From NCBI GenBank assembly GCA_044892525.1, contig CM097886.1:30070001-30134000 (forward strand): a stretch of DNA of 64,000 nucleotides, written 5' to 3'. A model generated the notes under the pieces. The model had not been told where the DNA came from. It searched no databases and worked only from the letters and a program-made list of their open reading frames with translations. The position numbers were made by a program, and so were the translations under genes. Numbering within the stretch: position 1 is the stretch's first letter; each line of letters opens with the position of its first letter. The stretch comes from Schmidtea polychroa. Lineage: Eukaryota. This document shows positions 46,661 to 60,209 of the stretch, piece after piece.

Positions 46661-49121
46661 CAGTGATTCTCAACCGCCGGGTCGCGACCCGGTACCGGGT
46701 CGTGGAAGATTTTTTGCGGGTCGTGAGCAAATTTGAAAAAAATTTTATTTAATGCTAATTTTTTACAATTAATCAATAAATATAATTTAAAAATTGCTAA
46801 AAATTAATCAAGTTTTTAATAATCTAAAATTATTTTAATAATATAAAATTATATCATTATAATGAAAATTAAAAATTAATAAAGTTTAAAATTTTGTTTA
46901 AAATACTTCAGTTCAGTTTTCTATCGCAAACGTGAATCATTTCTTTTTAAGTATTTTGAGAATTTCATCAAAAAATGTTTATTGTTGCATAATTGTAAAA
47001 AAAAACTTTTTCCAATCCTAAAATGAAACGTAAAAGAAGAAAAGCAACATTAAACAATTTTGTTATAAAGGTTAACAATAACAATTCAACAGCTGTTGAA
47101 AACAATGATGAAGAAGAAGTTCAGTATCCACCCGAAAAAAAGAAGAGGTAAAGTTTTGTTCGCAAATACAACATTACTTTTTTTAGATTTGGATTTATTT
47201 CTTGGCCTGGATCAGATGCAAGTTGTCCCAAACCACAATGTATCATTTGTGGGGAAGTTCTGTCCAATGAAAGCATGAAAGCAAATAATTTATCACGACA
47301 TTTGAACTCAAAACACAAAGAATTGGAATCACAACCAATTGATTTCTTTGAGAGAAAAGCTTCTGAGATAAAAAGCCAAAATAAATCATTTCAAAAGTCC
47401 CTTTTAGCCAACAAATCACTTTTAAAGGCTTCTTATTTGGTTGCTTTTCGAATTACCGAATGTAAAAAAGCATTTTCAATTGCTGAAAAACTAATAAAAC
47501 CATGCTTGGTGGATGTTTGTTCAGAGATTTTGGGTTTAAAAGCTGGTGACAAAATGAAGGCCATTCCTTTATCCAATGACACAATTGGAAGAAGGATTGA
47601 AGAATTATCGGCATATATTGAAGATCAACTCATCGAAAAGGTCAAGAAGTCAGAGTCATTTGCAATCCAAATGGATGAGTCAACAGATGTTACAAACAAA
47701 GCAGTTCTTTTATGTCATGTTAGATATGTTGATTATGACAACAGTGACCTCAAAGAAGACCTTTTGTGTTGCAGTGAGATTCCCTCTTACACAACCAGTT
47801 CAGAAATCTTTCGCATCATTGATGAATATGTCAAAAAAAATTCTTTGAACTGGAAATTGTGCATTGGATTGTGTACAGATGGTGCAGCAAACATGGTTGG
47901 CAGACTTTCAGGTGTAAGAACAAGAATCCAAGAAGTTGCTGGTGATACATTTAAATTTACTCACTGTGTTATTCAACGTGAGCATTTAGCAGCAAAAAAA
48001 ATGTCTCCCGAATTACATGAAGTTCTTTCAGTTTCAATTCAGATTGTTAATTTCATCAAGAGCAACGCACTCAATTCCCGATTGTTCACAATTCTGTGTG
48101 ATGAAATGGATTCAGGAAATTCGCAGTTGCTACTTCACGCTGAAGTGCGCTGGCTTTCCAGAAGGAGAGTTCTTACAAGGATCTACGAGTTGCGAGATGA
48201 GGTGAAAATCTTTTTAAGTCAAAAAAAATTCAGATCATGCCAAACATTTCTTTGATGAAGAATGGATTGCAAAACTTGCTTATTTATCAGACTTCTTTTC
48301 TCTGATAAATCAGCTGAATCTGAGTCTACAAGGTCCAATGACAACTGTCTTCAATATCTGGAATAAAATTGATGCTTTTAAGAAAAAAATAAAAACTTGG
48401 TTAAACCGCACACAAGAGCAGAATTATGAAATGTTTCCTTCCTTTAACGATTTCACAGAATCTTTTGACTTGAATTTGGATAATGTTGTTTCTTGTATCA
48501 CTCAACATTTAGAAGTGCTTGCTCAAATGTTTGACAGCTACTATCCACCTAATGACGATGTTCGATTTGGAAACATGTGGATATCCAATCCATTTCTTGA
48601 TCACCAACAAAACAACCTTTCAAACACAGAAGCAGAAAAATTGATTGAGTTAACATCAGATATGGGATTGAAATCAATGTTTAACTCAATGAGCATTACA
48701 CAGTTTTGGATAAAAGTCAAGGAGGAATATCCAGCCCTCAGCAAAATTGCCATTCACATTTTATTACCCTTTTCTACAACTTACTTGTGTGAATCAGCAT
48801 TTTCAGCAATGTCAACGAAGCAAAGAAACAGGTTATTTACTGGCCCTGCTTTGCGACTTGCTATCACTTCTTTAAAACCAAGAATAGACAAACTGGTACG
48901 AGAGAAAGAGCAACAACAATCACATTAATTTATAAAATAATGTTTCTAATTGTTTTGATTTCGTTATTGTTGATCCTTTTATAATAAATATTTTGTTCAT
49001 CTGTTAACTTTTTTTTAAATTATTAATTTTATTAGATTGTAAAGTCAAACTGAATTTACGGGTCGTGAAAAAAATTGAGATTATTTACGGTCCGTACTGC
49101 TTTTTGGGTTGAGAAACACTG
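46661..49121 (+). mobile_element. hAT transposon, Buster/Charlie type, with defective transposase (about 47023-48928)
   Basis: TIRs CAGTGATTCTCAACC / GGTTGAGAAACACTG; perfect TSD GTTTAAAC; CIIC..MKANNLSRHL, AIQMDESTD, CTDGAANM, HCVIQREHL, HAEVRWLS, TTYLCESAFS; one early TAA and a frameshift near 48230. Confidence 0.95.
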
Positions 49122-49490
49122 GTTTAAACCACACATTAAATATTATATTGTGTCTTGTCCCTATCCATTGGTTACATGTGGGAAAGATCTTTCGCCTCTA
49201 GACTCTTTTCCGATCAACGCTTTTCTTATTTTTGCATTCCCCTCTGCAACCGCGCAAATTGTCTTGGCGAAATTTCTCCTTCGGATCGACTGTGAACAAT
49301 TTATTTAAAATTTAGGTAAAAAGTATTTGTAAGGCAATATTAATGCCATTTATAATAGTGACAAAAGAAAGTTATTGGAACTTATTGGTGATAATCATTA
49401 TATAAAAATAATAAAAACAACACATTTATTGTTCATAATCATTTTCTCCTTAAAGCCAATAAAAGATGTAGTATTATTTACAACAAATTA

Positions 49491-49566
49491 CCGTATTACT
49501 TCGAATATAAACAGCACTTTTTACTTACATTTTAATGTGCAAAATTAGGGTGCGGCTTATATACGG
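49491..49566. mobile_element. Tiny Tc1/pogo-type MITE
   Basis: TA|CCGTAT...ATACGG|TA termini with Tigger-like CGAATATAA / GCGGCTTATA. Confidence 0.45.
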
Positions 49567-49676
49567 TATCTCCATTTATTAAAGGTTTTACCATCCTATG
49601 ATTTAACTATTTAATATTTGGTTAATAATTTATTATTCAAAAGAAAATTGATTTATTGGTACGGTTGATGCGACAT

Positions 49677-50280
49677 TAGGGCATCTAAATAACCGGAGGA
49701 AAAGCACAAACCGGTTTTCGGGTATTTTACGTATCAAAAACCAGATAACCGGTTTAAACCGTCTTCAGTAATTCCAGTACGTAATTTGCAAAATTAAAAA
49801 AATGTCAATAGTTTGATTGTTTAAAAATAGGTATAATAAATAAATATAAATAGGTAATGAAACATGTAAAGAGAAAATAATTCTTTTATTTTTTTCCAAA
49901 GGCGGTGAACAAGAGAATTTAATTGTACATTGTAAAAAATATACAACAAAATTTATCATAATGAACAAAAATATCAAAATGTAAGAAAAATAGAAATTTA
50001 CAATACTTATTACTTATACAATAAAATAACATACACATTTTTTTTATTTATTATTTAAAAAATAATATTTTAAGAAAACTAACGCATCAAGTGTATTGTG
50101 GTGATTAGAATTTCTAATTTTGGTGCAAAATCTATTAGCAACACTAAATACACGTTCACTTGCAGTTGAAGTGGGTTTAATCGTTAATAATGCTTTATAT
50201 AATTTTTCTAGATTTGGCGTACGTTCTTTGGTAGATTCAAATTGCGACATATCAAACAACTACAAAATTTAAAATTCTGA
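49677..50280 (-). mobile_element. 3' fragment of a hAT transposon
   Basis: LLTIKPTSTASERVFSVA...KIR...LDALVFLK dimerisation domain; TAGGGCATC terminus with AACCGG subterminal repeats. Confidence 0.8.
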
Positions 50281-50459
50281 ATTCAATAATAAAAATCAAT
50301 AACAAAAATAATGAGTTGAAATTAATGAGTTCTTCGTATTTCATCCTAATTTTCGAAAAATTCACTAAATTCATCAGCTTCTTGTCATCTGTCTTCCCAT
50401 TTTGTATTTGTTTTGCTTTCAAAACCTTTTACTAAAATCTGAATATTGAAAACTAAAAT

Positions 50460-50704
50460 CAGTGGCGGCTCGTCCATATAAGCAATACAAGCATTGTTTG
50501 CACATCAATTTTGAGAAATTCTATATTTTAAATTTAAAAAACACTTATTAAAAGAACTTTTGGCTACTAAAGACAATTTTTATTATTTAGTAATTGAAGA
50601 ATTTTGTAGAAAAACAAGAAGAATTGAGTTTTTATATAAATATAAATTTTTTTTTGAATTTTTATTATTGCTTGCTCAAAATTTTTGAGTACGAGCCGCC
50701 ACTG
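50460..50704. mobile_element. 245-bp MITE, hAT-type
   Basis: Perfect 14-bp TIR CAGTGGCGGCTCGT; perfect 8-bp TSD ACTAAAAT. Confidence 0.92.
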
Positions 50705-50835
50705 ACTAAAATTGAAAATTATCATATATAAGGAGTAAAATTATATTATGCTTATTATTGTTAAATTGTTTATCTAAGTAAGTAAAATATGCTTACTACT
50801 ATTTACTCTTCGATCGGCATTTGTTTGATTTTATT

Positions 50836-53800
50836 GTTAGCCAAATATTTCTTCACGGACTTTGTAGGGACATACAATTTATTTGACAAAATAATTTATT
50901 GTTATTAACATTGTCGAAGAACTTGAACATCACTAGAAATATCATTGTGAATACAATGAAGGTTTCTGTTTCCTGTATTTCTGACATATTTGATCCATTG
51001 ATTTTGACTCGATTTGATGATTCTTTAACTTCTTCAACTTGTTCGACTTCAGTGATAACTTCAGTTACTTCGTTAGACATGTTTGAATTTGATGATTTTT
51101 TTAAATTGAATTTGATAATGATTTTCGTAAATTGAATTTGATAAAATTTCGTAATAAGAGAAAGTAAAAGATTATTTAAACAATTGTTTTTGATTTTTAA
51201 TTTTAATTTAATTAACTCAATAATATATTTTTTGTTCAATTATTAAATTAATAAAAGTGCTAGTAAGAGGTACTACAATAGCCCCCGCACAAGTACGCGG
51301 AGCGTATAAAATGATAAAGACGGCGATAATGGTGGAAGCAGTCACTGAAGATCATAATCTGAGAGGTATTGAGAGAGTTTACGTGTTCGCCTTGAGGGGA
51401 ATGGCGGATTTTTTTGAAGGATTTGAACATTTGATGTATCTGGGTGTGTTGTCGATTGTTCCATGTCTTCTAATATGTCTTCGTTTATGTTCGAGTCTTT
51501 TGTGATATGGTTGTTTGGGATTTCGTCGTATTCAAGGCTGCAAAAGACTGGTTTTAATCTGGAAAGGTTGATCATGACGTGGTTGTTGTCAATATTTTTG
51601 TACAGCTCTATGATGCGAAACGGACCTTTGAATCTGGGTTTGAGGTTTGAAGAGTCTATAGTTTTCATCCATGCGTGAGTTGCTGAGGAAAGGGACTGTG
51701 GTATATATGGTTTGTACGACGTGGAATATGTGAACGACGGATTAGTATCTAAGCTCAAAAAATGCTTTCGTGTTATATTGATCTCGTCTAATGGTGAGTC
51801 ATTGTAAAGATCGATAAGTTCATTGGGCATGAAAGTGGGTCCAAACAAAAGTTGTGAAGGAGACACACCGCTTGAACGATTGGGTGTGTTGTGCCATCCT
51901 AGTAAAACAAATGGTAACGCTTTAACCCATGAAGTTGAAGTTGAGAGTATTCTGAGAGATGCTTTCAAAGTCCAATGAGCGCGTTCGACGAAACCGTTTG
52001 TTTGCGGATGGTAAGAGCTGGTTCTTAAATGTTTTATGCCGAGGCTGGATGTAAGATGTTCAAAAAGATCCGATTCAAACTGTGCACCTTGGTCAGTGAT
52101 GATAGAGGTTGGAATTTCATAACGTGAAAACCAGGTGGATACTAAAGCTTGTGCAACCGTGTGAGCGGTGATGTCACGGACAGGAACGGCCTCAAACCAT
52201 CGTGTTTTCCGATCAATCATTGTCAGGATGTAACAAAATCCGTCGTCTGCTGGTAGTTTACCGACTAGGTCAATGTGAAGTGTATCGAATCTCGAACCCG
52301 TTGGGAAAGGAGTGATTGGTAGTTTAGTGTGTCGGTTCACTTTGTGTTGTTGGCAGCCTTTACATTCAGACACCAACATTTTTACATCTTTGAGTAATGA
52401 GAACCATGTGACTTTTTGGCGTAGGAAATGGTATGTGGACTTAATTCCTGGGTTGTGCAAGTTGTGAATGGCGAGAAATGCTTCTTTCCGAATCGAAGAG
52501 TGTAGGATGGATCTGAGAGTGTTTTTATACATTGTATCATAATGTATACCGTCTATTGTCTGTAGCGAGTCTTTGAAATGGACGAGATCTTCTGATGTCG
52601 GTGGGGTTGAACGGAGAACATCTTGAGTAATTACCGGGGTTGATGAGATAGATGCTGAAATGTTTCTGGAAAGATAGTCAGCGATTACATTATTTTTACC
52701 GGAGACATGGGCGAACTTAATGTTGAAAGATGATAGGTATGTTATGTGACAATGTACCCTGTTTGATGGGTCTTTCATGGTAAGGCAGTGGATAAGAGGT
52801 TTGTGATCAGTGAAGACTGTGAATTGTCTACCTTCTAAAATTTGTCAAAATGCTTAACAGCTAGAAAAATAGCAAGTAATTCTCTGTCGAATGCACTGTA
52901 CTTTGACTCTGCCAATGAAAATTTTCTAGAGAAAAATTCTATTAGTAGTGAAACATTGCCTTTAATTTGATGAAGGACTGCGCCTGCGGCGATATTTGAT
53001 GCATCTGTTGTGAGGGTGAATGGGAGGTCATGACTCGGGTAGTGAAGAGTTGTGTTAGGTTATTGAGTTGGTGACAATATTTGTAAATTCAAACCTTTAA
53101 TCTGGCTCCAAAGCGTGTTTATTAATTCGCAATTCAACACTCTCGAACACAATAAGCTTTATTAATATCCACACGTAATAGTACAAATTTCAATTACAAC
53201 CAATTAACTATAAACCAATTTATCACACAGAGCTTATTTCGACACTACGTGAAGAATAGCCCTTTCTGTAACCACAACAATAATCACTAGCGGTCAACTA
53301 CTCAATTACAGAATATGTTGATCGATTGTTCTATTTGCTTTGACCACACAATTTATTTACTCAACTTTTACTTTATATTCAATTTTATAAAAGATTCTTG
53401 TCACTTCTCTTTTCACTCTGTTTTGATTCCCCTTTTTACTCTGTCGTCTCTAATTTTACTCTACTTTTTGCCTCTAATTTCGTTTCGTTTTGCTCTCAAC
53501 TTCGTTCTGTTTCCGTTCTACTTTTCGCTCTAAATTGGTCTAAATTTGCTCTCAATTTGTTCTGATTTCTCGTCCACCAGTTTTCCTTCATATAGTTGTT
53601 GTGTTTGTGGCACTGGCGACCGATTCTGTTTACCATCTTTCTTTGTCTCTACATCAGCCTTATCTCTGACAGATATCGAGATATTTTTCCATTTTCCTTT
53701 ACTGTTAAACCGCCTTCTCCATCAATTTCGCTATCTTCGACAGGCTGTCAAGATACGGCTTTTTCCCTTATTTTGTTTTTTTCTGGAATTTGAAATTCCA

Positions 53801-54870
53801 CCTTTATTTGTACTTCTTAATTAACAATGACCTTTGTTTTAATTTATTGTTTGTTTCCTTTTTTTTGATTTATCTTTCTTATTTTTAATTTCTTTTTACT
53901 TCTGTTTTCTTTTCTGAGTTCCCATAGATCGTCCAATTTGTCATGACGATCTTCCCCCAGGTAATTTATTTATTTATTATGTTATTTTTCATTTAGGTAT
54001 CCTCAGCAGTTGTAATCTTGGATAGAGCGTCTTTGACTGTGTTGAATGCGTCACGTGTTGCGTCGGACCAGTTAATGGTAGAGTTTTTCTTTCCTTTGGT
54101 CAGTTCAGAAAGATGTGCCGTTATGTGTGATGCGTTTTTTATGAATCTGTGACAGAAATTGACAATGACCAAAAAGCTACGTAGTTGTGTTACGGTGGCG
54201 GGTAATGGAAAGCTGCGGATTACGTCAAGTCGTTCAGGAAAAGGTTCCAACCCGTAGATGAGAGTATGTGACCAAGGAATCTGACACGTATTTGAAAGAA
54301 ATTGCATTTATTTACATTTATCTGTAAGTTATAACGATTCAATATGTCAAGAACAGTGTGTAGATCTTTGCTGTGGGTGTCATGGTCGGGTGATGCTATG
54401 ATTATATCGTCGAGATAAGCAAAAGCATGGTGGACGTCCCGGAAAATTGTGTCCATGAAGCGTTGTAAAGACTGGGCTGCATTCCTTAGCCCGAAAGGCA
54501 TGAACATGTATTCAAAATTTTCAAATGGTGTGGTTACAGCGGTTTTGGGAACGCCATAGATATGTACAGGAAACTTGATGGTAGGCTTTCGAGAGGTCAA
54601 TAGTTGAAAATATGGTAGATTGTGAGTTATTAAATCTTTGATAAGTGGCATTGGGTATGCATCGTGAACGGTCACTTGATTGAGTTGACGGTAGTCGCCG
54701 CACGGCCTGAGTGAACCGTCTTTCTTGGTGACTACGTGTATTGGTGACGCCCATGGAGATGAAGAACGGCGTATAATGCCTGCATTCTCTAGACTGGTGA
54801 ATTCGGCTTTAACTGCGTCGAGTTTGATTGGTGGGAGGGGTCTGGCTCGGTTGTGTTGTGGTATACACTA
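50836..54870 (-). mobile_element. 5'-truncated Ty3/gypsy (RT-RH-IN plus 3' LTR starting at 51277), interrupted by a solo-LTR-like insertion
   Basis: RPCGDYR, AYLDDII RT (54000-54870); TTDAS RNase H; integrase ORF 51342-52778 (HNLHNPG, HIDLVG, TDQG, VERAH); PPT GCGGGGGCTA then TGTAGT. The lower LTR end is uncertain. Confidence 0.9.
53053..54008. mobile_element. 956-bp solo-LTR-like element with 4-bp TSD
   Basis: Starts TGTTAGGTT, ends CCTCAGCA; TSD GTTG at 53049-53052 and 54009-54012; removal restores KITTLHYPSHD in the host pol. Confidence 0.8.
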
Positions 54871-56570
54871 CTATTAATTAGTGATTACGCAAATTATACT
54901 ATTTAAAAAATTATACAATAATGTTAACAAATAACAAATTTTAATATGGACTCATCATGTATTCTAACTGAATATATTCAATATTCCGAGATCTTTTTGG
55001 CAAATGCGTAAAAAATTAACAATAATTGGTTATAAACCCCTCCCTGTCAGAATATAACAATTTATGGTGGTCAGATGTTGAAATTCTTTTTTAATCTATA
55101 ATTTATTTATCCTTCCAGACTAATTTTCATTAACGCTTTGCTTTTTAACGCACTTTTGACTCAAAATATTGCTGGTTATATAAGCATTTGGATCGCAGAG
55201 GTTCTCACTGACAATATATTCAAAATTATTTAACTGTTATATCATTTTTTCTTAGTGTAGTTCATAGATTGAGCATATCTGACGATACTGTTGGGTTTTG
55301 TCTGAATCTATAGAAGTCAATACAACTGAGAAGGTAATTTTTCTTCAAATTTTAGGCCACTGTGGTAAGTTCTAACTGGCATTCAGGAAAATAGCCTTCT
55401 AATTCAAAATTTCTATTTTCTTTATGATTAAAGAATTTTTATTAGTACTTTTCTTGTCATTCTCTTGTCAATTTCTTGTCATTTTCTTTGTCTTTCATTT
55501 TAGTGATCAACAATAACGTTCTATCTAGCCAATGTTTATTTCCCTAAATAGTTTAGTAATCCTGTTAATTATTTTTATTTTATTTTTACAAATACAGGGA
55601 GTTTGATAATTGCACTTAAAATAACAATTAAATAAAACTATTGTATGAACGTTAAGACCAAAATAAAATATATTCATGAGAAAATCTGATAATTCCATTA
55701 GGTGAGCTTCGAACACTGATAACACCGAAATATGTAAACAACAGAGAGAGTAATGTTGCTGAAATGATACGTCCGATGAGAAATCGATACCAAATTTTCC
55801 ACATATTGTTACAAATCCAGAGTTTTGAATTCATGTTAAAAAAGGTGGTGATGTTCAGAAAAATATTAAATTGAACCAGTGTGTGTGTTTTTATTTATAT
55901 AGGAACCATCGGGTTGAGATTCTGAGAATATCAACACCAATAATCCCATTGACTTCTTTTATAATATTCCTTTTGAAATAATTTTATGTAAAAAGTAAAT
56001 TTTAACAAAAACAAACAAAATCACATATTTAATATTTTTTAAAAATCCAATACATCTTTGAAAATTTAAAACAAGTGAAATTTTATATTAAAAATGGAAC
56101 GATTGTTAACCGTAAAATGCATATATTTGGTATGATGTTTTCCAACTTTATCTATCAAAATAAAGGATAATTTATCTCATTAATATCCTAAATGTAATCA
56201 TCAAATATTTTCCCAACATAGTCGATAGGGCACCACAAATAACTGATCCTTTTAATACAAATTGGAATGCTTTCGCTATCTTGTGAACCTTGTTGAACGA
56301 CTATCTTAAAATGAATGTGCAATAAGAGAAACACTGATTTAATACATAAAATAATATAAAAAGTTTTAGTTACAATAATATCTAATTTTACATTGATGAT
56401 GACCAAACAATACAATATTAGTAGCATTCTCATTTAATGTGACTTAGAAAATTAATAATGTTTCAATTTAATATATAATTATGTTAATTTTATATTTGAA
56501 TTAACAATAATTTTGTTTTGCAGAGATAAAAAAAATTAATCAAAATTTTAATTTAATATTTAATAGTTAA

Positions 56571-56836
56571 TCTCTCTCTATATAAAAAAGCTAAGGGTCC
56601 CCTCCATCCGAATTTTACCTTTTTTTAATTTTTTTATGAAGTATTTAATCTTTTGTACTTATCGTTCTATATTACTTAGAAACGGTTTATGCTATTATCT
56701 TTTATCATAGTTATGTAAACATATTAATAAACTGAATCTTACTCCTGTCCAAGAATACCTTGGATATTAACTTTAACATTAACCTCACGTTCTAACGGGG
56801 TTGGTGAAGCGGAGCGAACAGGGGCAAAGCCCCTAT
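56571..56836 (+). mobile_element. Short non-autonomous Helitron-like element
   Basis: A|TC...TATATAAAA start; 3' GCGGAGCGAAC, hairpin GGGGC-AAA-GCCCC and CTAT|T end (CTAG expected); no TSD. Confidence 0.5.
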
Positions 56837-57001
56837 TATATAAAATAAACATAAACACTAATATGTACAAAGACATTTCCCGGTTTTACTTGAAAATGAG
56901 CCACGAGTCTACATAAAACAAAGAGTTTTTTTTATTTTAAAAGCCAGAGTTTTAAATTTAGAGACAACATAATAAAAAATAAAAATACAATTACAATTTC
57001 A

Positions 57002-57362
57002 AGGTCACGCTAAAATATGAAAAACCCTACACATATAAAAAATCTTATGATAATTTACATCAATGATTATAAACCTTTTTAATAGTTACTAAACCTCATT
57101 TTATTTTTGGGTCCAAGTCCTTCATTGTTTATATTTTTTTATAAAATATGTATTTATTTATAACTCTATTAAAACCAAAATTCATTTAACTGTAAAAGAA
57201 ATAAATACACAGATGTAAAAAAGAATTTGAAATATATATATGAAGGACTTGGACACAAAAATAAAATGAGGTTTAGTAACTATTAAAAAGGTTTATAATC
57301 ATAGATCTAAATTATCATAAAATTTCCTATGTGTGTAGGGTTTTCATATTTTAATGTGACCT
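57002..57362. repeat. MITE-like foldback with about 120-bp inverted arms
   Basis: 57002-57125 is a near reverse complement of 57240-57362. Confidence 0.8.
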
Positions 57363-57983
57363 CTTATTTTTTTATGAAATCTTAAAAATTAATTTAGTTC
57401 TAAAATACAAATACAATGTTGAAAAAAATTACATTTAAAAATTAAATAATTATATGTAATTTTAATTATATTTAGCTATAACTGTCATGATAATTCGTTA
57501 TTTATGATTATATTATTATTACTTTGATTATAGTTATTAATTAAAACAGATTTAGTTTGTTTATTATTTAATTAGTGTTTTTTCTGATTAACATTTTTTC
57601 AACTTAATGTGAAATATTTCAATTTATGTACTCAAACATTAATTTTTTTTAATAATTTCAGACGTATTAATAGAATTTTATATATGAGTAATTTATTTGA
57701 AAGTTATGTAAGTCCATTTTTTAATATGACAAAATATTTAAACATTTGCGTTTTAATAAATGGACTAATGTTAATAAACTCTAGCAACCGACGTTTGTTT
57801 TTAAAGTTAAATATTATGTAAATTTATTATTCAATCATGTTTAGTAAAGATGCATGAGAAAGATAAAACGTTTTAAAACTACCAATTGTCACCATTTAGA
57901 AATATAACGACTTGTTTTAATATATCGAATAATTTTTATTCAATAGATTAATTTTTAATAATAAGTTTTTAATAAAAAAGCAC

Positions 57984-58213
57984 CTCTCCTTTTCTCAATT
58001 TGAAGGTATTCCCATCATCATCATTTAAGGAAATATCGCGAACTATTTTCCACACTGAATCACCATAATGAATCTTTTGAACATAAGCTGCTGGGAAATA
58101 TCCTATACGTCCATTACATCTTCCTGTCCACCAGTCTGGGTCTGATGAGTTGAGCACATTTACTTTCCAACCAGCTCTTAAATAAATTATAATAATTTAA
58201 AATTATTATAATT

Positions 58214-58287
<74 letters not shown>

Positions 58288-59157
58288 GTATAAAATGATG
58301 ATTGCTTGGTAGCAGCATTTATTATTTAAAACAATAAAATGATAATTTAAGCCTTTTGCTGCAAATAATGTATTTAATGAAAGAATGTTCGACTATACGA
58401 TAGTCCTTGTCAATGACTATCGTATAGTCGAAAATTCTTTCATTAAATACATTATTTGCAGCAAAAGGCTTANNNNNNNNNNNNNNNNNNNNNNNNNNNN
58501 NNNNNNNNNNNNNNNNNNNNNNNNNNNNNNNNNNNNNNNNNNNNNNNNNNNNNNNNNNNNNNNNNNNNNNNNNNNNNNNNNNNNNNNNNNNNNNNNNNNN
58601 NNNNNNNNNNNNNNGATAGTTTAAGCCTTTTGCTGAGAAGTATATATAATCAATAAAATGAAAGAATTTTCAACTAGATAAATAGTTCTTTTCAATTTCC
58701 TGAAATTAGGTACTTCAATTTTCGAATGCTTTTTAATCTTCTTTTTTAATTTCATTTTCTTTATTCTCATTGGATAAAATTAAAATAAATCAAAGTAAAA
58801 CTTTGAAGAATTTAAAATTTTTTTAAATAAGATTTCTTATAAAATTAATAATGAAACAATAAAAGAGATTTTTAAGTTTCTAAAGCTTTTATAACTAGCT
58901 CATAAAATTTTCCTTTAATAAATAGTATCATAAAATATGTATAAAAAAGGTTCTAATAACTATTTATATACGCTATTTAAAAAAATTTTAAACATATTTA
59001 TATTTTGATTTTTTAACTAATAATCTCTAAAAGTTTACTTCCTTAAAATTTGTTTAATTTTTTTGATATTATTTTTAAATTACTATTTTTTAAAAGAAAA
59101 TATTCTCAAGGTCTATAAGAACTAATCAGCTAGCACAAAGAAATCAACACTTTATAC

Positions 59158-59236
<79 letters not shown>

Positions 59237-59595
59237 TCACGTAATTTACTTTAAATCAAGTTCATCTGATCTTCTTGCATAAAAGTCATAAAGTACAACA
59301 TAAGAATTCGTAGACAATCTTTTGTGATCGATCTAAGTAACCATTAAAACAATAAATTAAACAGTAAGAAATACTGGGTTGTTGTCGAATTCAGGATCAT
59401 ATCGACAAGGATTGTGCCTGGCATGATGACTTGAAATAAGTGATTCTGGAGAAATTGGGTTATGAAAATTGGGTCTTGGTGCTCTTTTAGCTGAATGAAG
59501 ATTTGAATGTGAGCTCCGATTATCATAGCCTGGTGAATCTGAGGATTTGTAATAATTTGATCTCTCCCTTATTGGTGAAGACGTGTGACTATTTC
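57984..59595 (-). CDS. STAC: Three internal exons of a STAC-family (tandem SH3) gene
   Basis: Exons 59595-59375, 59332-59250 and 58176-57984 splice in phase (42-nt and 1073-nt GT-AG introns) to give ...YVVLYDFYARRSDELDLKAGWKVNVLNSSDPDWWTGRCNGRIGYFPAAYVQKIHYGDSVWKIV..., like STAC DWWKG..G..GFFPANFVQRVRPGENVW. Other exons not found. Confidence 0.8.
58215..58286. repeat. (ATA)24 microsatellite
   Basis: Counted directly; 38 nt from the intron acceptor of the STAC-like gene. Confidence 0.95.
58300..58472. repeat. Second copy of the palindromic foldback element seen at 23515
   Basis: Same arm sequence (GATAATTTAAGCCTTTTGCTGCAAATAATG...), different centre, again beside (AAT)n and a gap. Confidence 0.85.
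59158..59235. repeat. (TAT)26 microsatellite
   Basis: Counted directly; 14 nt from the intron donor of the STAC-like gene. Confidence 0.95.
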
Positions 59596-59936
59596 CTAAT
59601 GAAAATAAATAGTCAGACCTATTCCTATTACACTAATATTAATATTTCATAAATGTCTTTTAAATATCAACTATTCATTTTTACTTTATATTTTATTGTA
59701 ATTTTATTATATTATGATTGTTTTGTTTTTCCGAACTTATTCGAGATTCGAGAATTTCAAAAAAAATAATTCTTCTCCCAAAATTCGAGATTCACTTTCA
59801 CAAATATCTCGAGATTATAATGACAAATTTAGTTCTACAAAAATCAGTATTAAAACCGAAAAATGAAGTGAAAAAATATTTAGGAAAATGATAACGATTC
59901 AATATTCAATAAAATATATTTTCAAATGACTTTTTT

Positions 59937-60170
59937 TCATTTATTGAAATAACTTTTTAATACATAGAAATTGCCAACTGATTGGTCCGATAATCGTGTT
60001 TTATATTTGGAGACAAAAATTCCAGAAATATAGAAATTCCTCTCATTTTGCGTTGATAGTGCATTTTTCAACATTTCTAAATTTTCTGTTGGTTTTCCTG
60101 ATGCTTCATAAACATTTATGTCCTTAAATAAGGAACGAAAGTCAGCGTTAATTGCTTCTGTATGTGTCAC
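59937..60170 (-). pseudogene. Degenerate hAT transposase C-terminus
   Basis: LEMLKNALS...ER.F.ISG.FVSK.KTRLSD.S...VLKSYF, similar to the 50044-50259 fragment. Confidence 0.6.
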
Positions 60171-60209
60171 GCTTTCTCAAATCAGTTCCTCTAATTGTAT
60201 GAATTAGAA

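Noticed and set aside
50853-51239. 128-aa minus-strand ORF with Glu/Val-rich stretch
   Set aside because: Lies within the 3' LTR region of the truncated gypsy; low complexity, no motif.
53072-53943. Separate nested element bounded by TGACAA...TTGTCA
   Set aside because: No TSD at those ends, whereas 53053-54008 has a perfect 4-bp TSD and restores the host frame.
285-58656. ORFs consisting largely of X residues (285-551, 23657-23901, 39387-39972, 44768-45124, 45793-46275, 58385-58656)
   Set aside because: Artefacts of N-filled assembly gaps.
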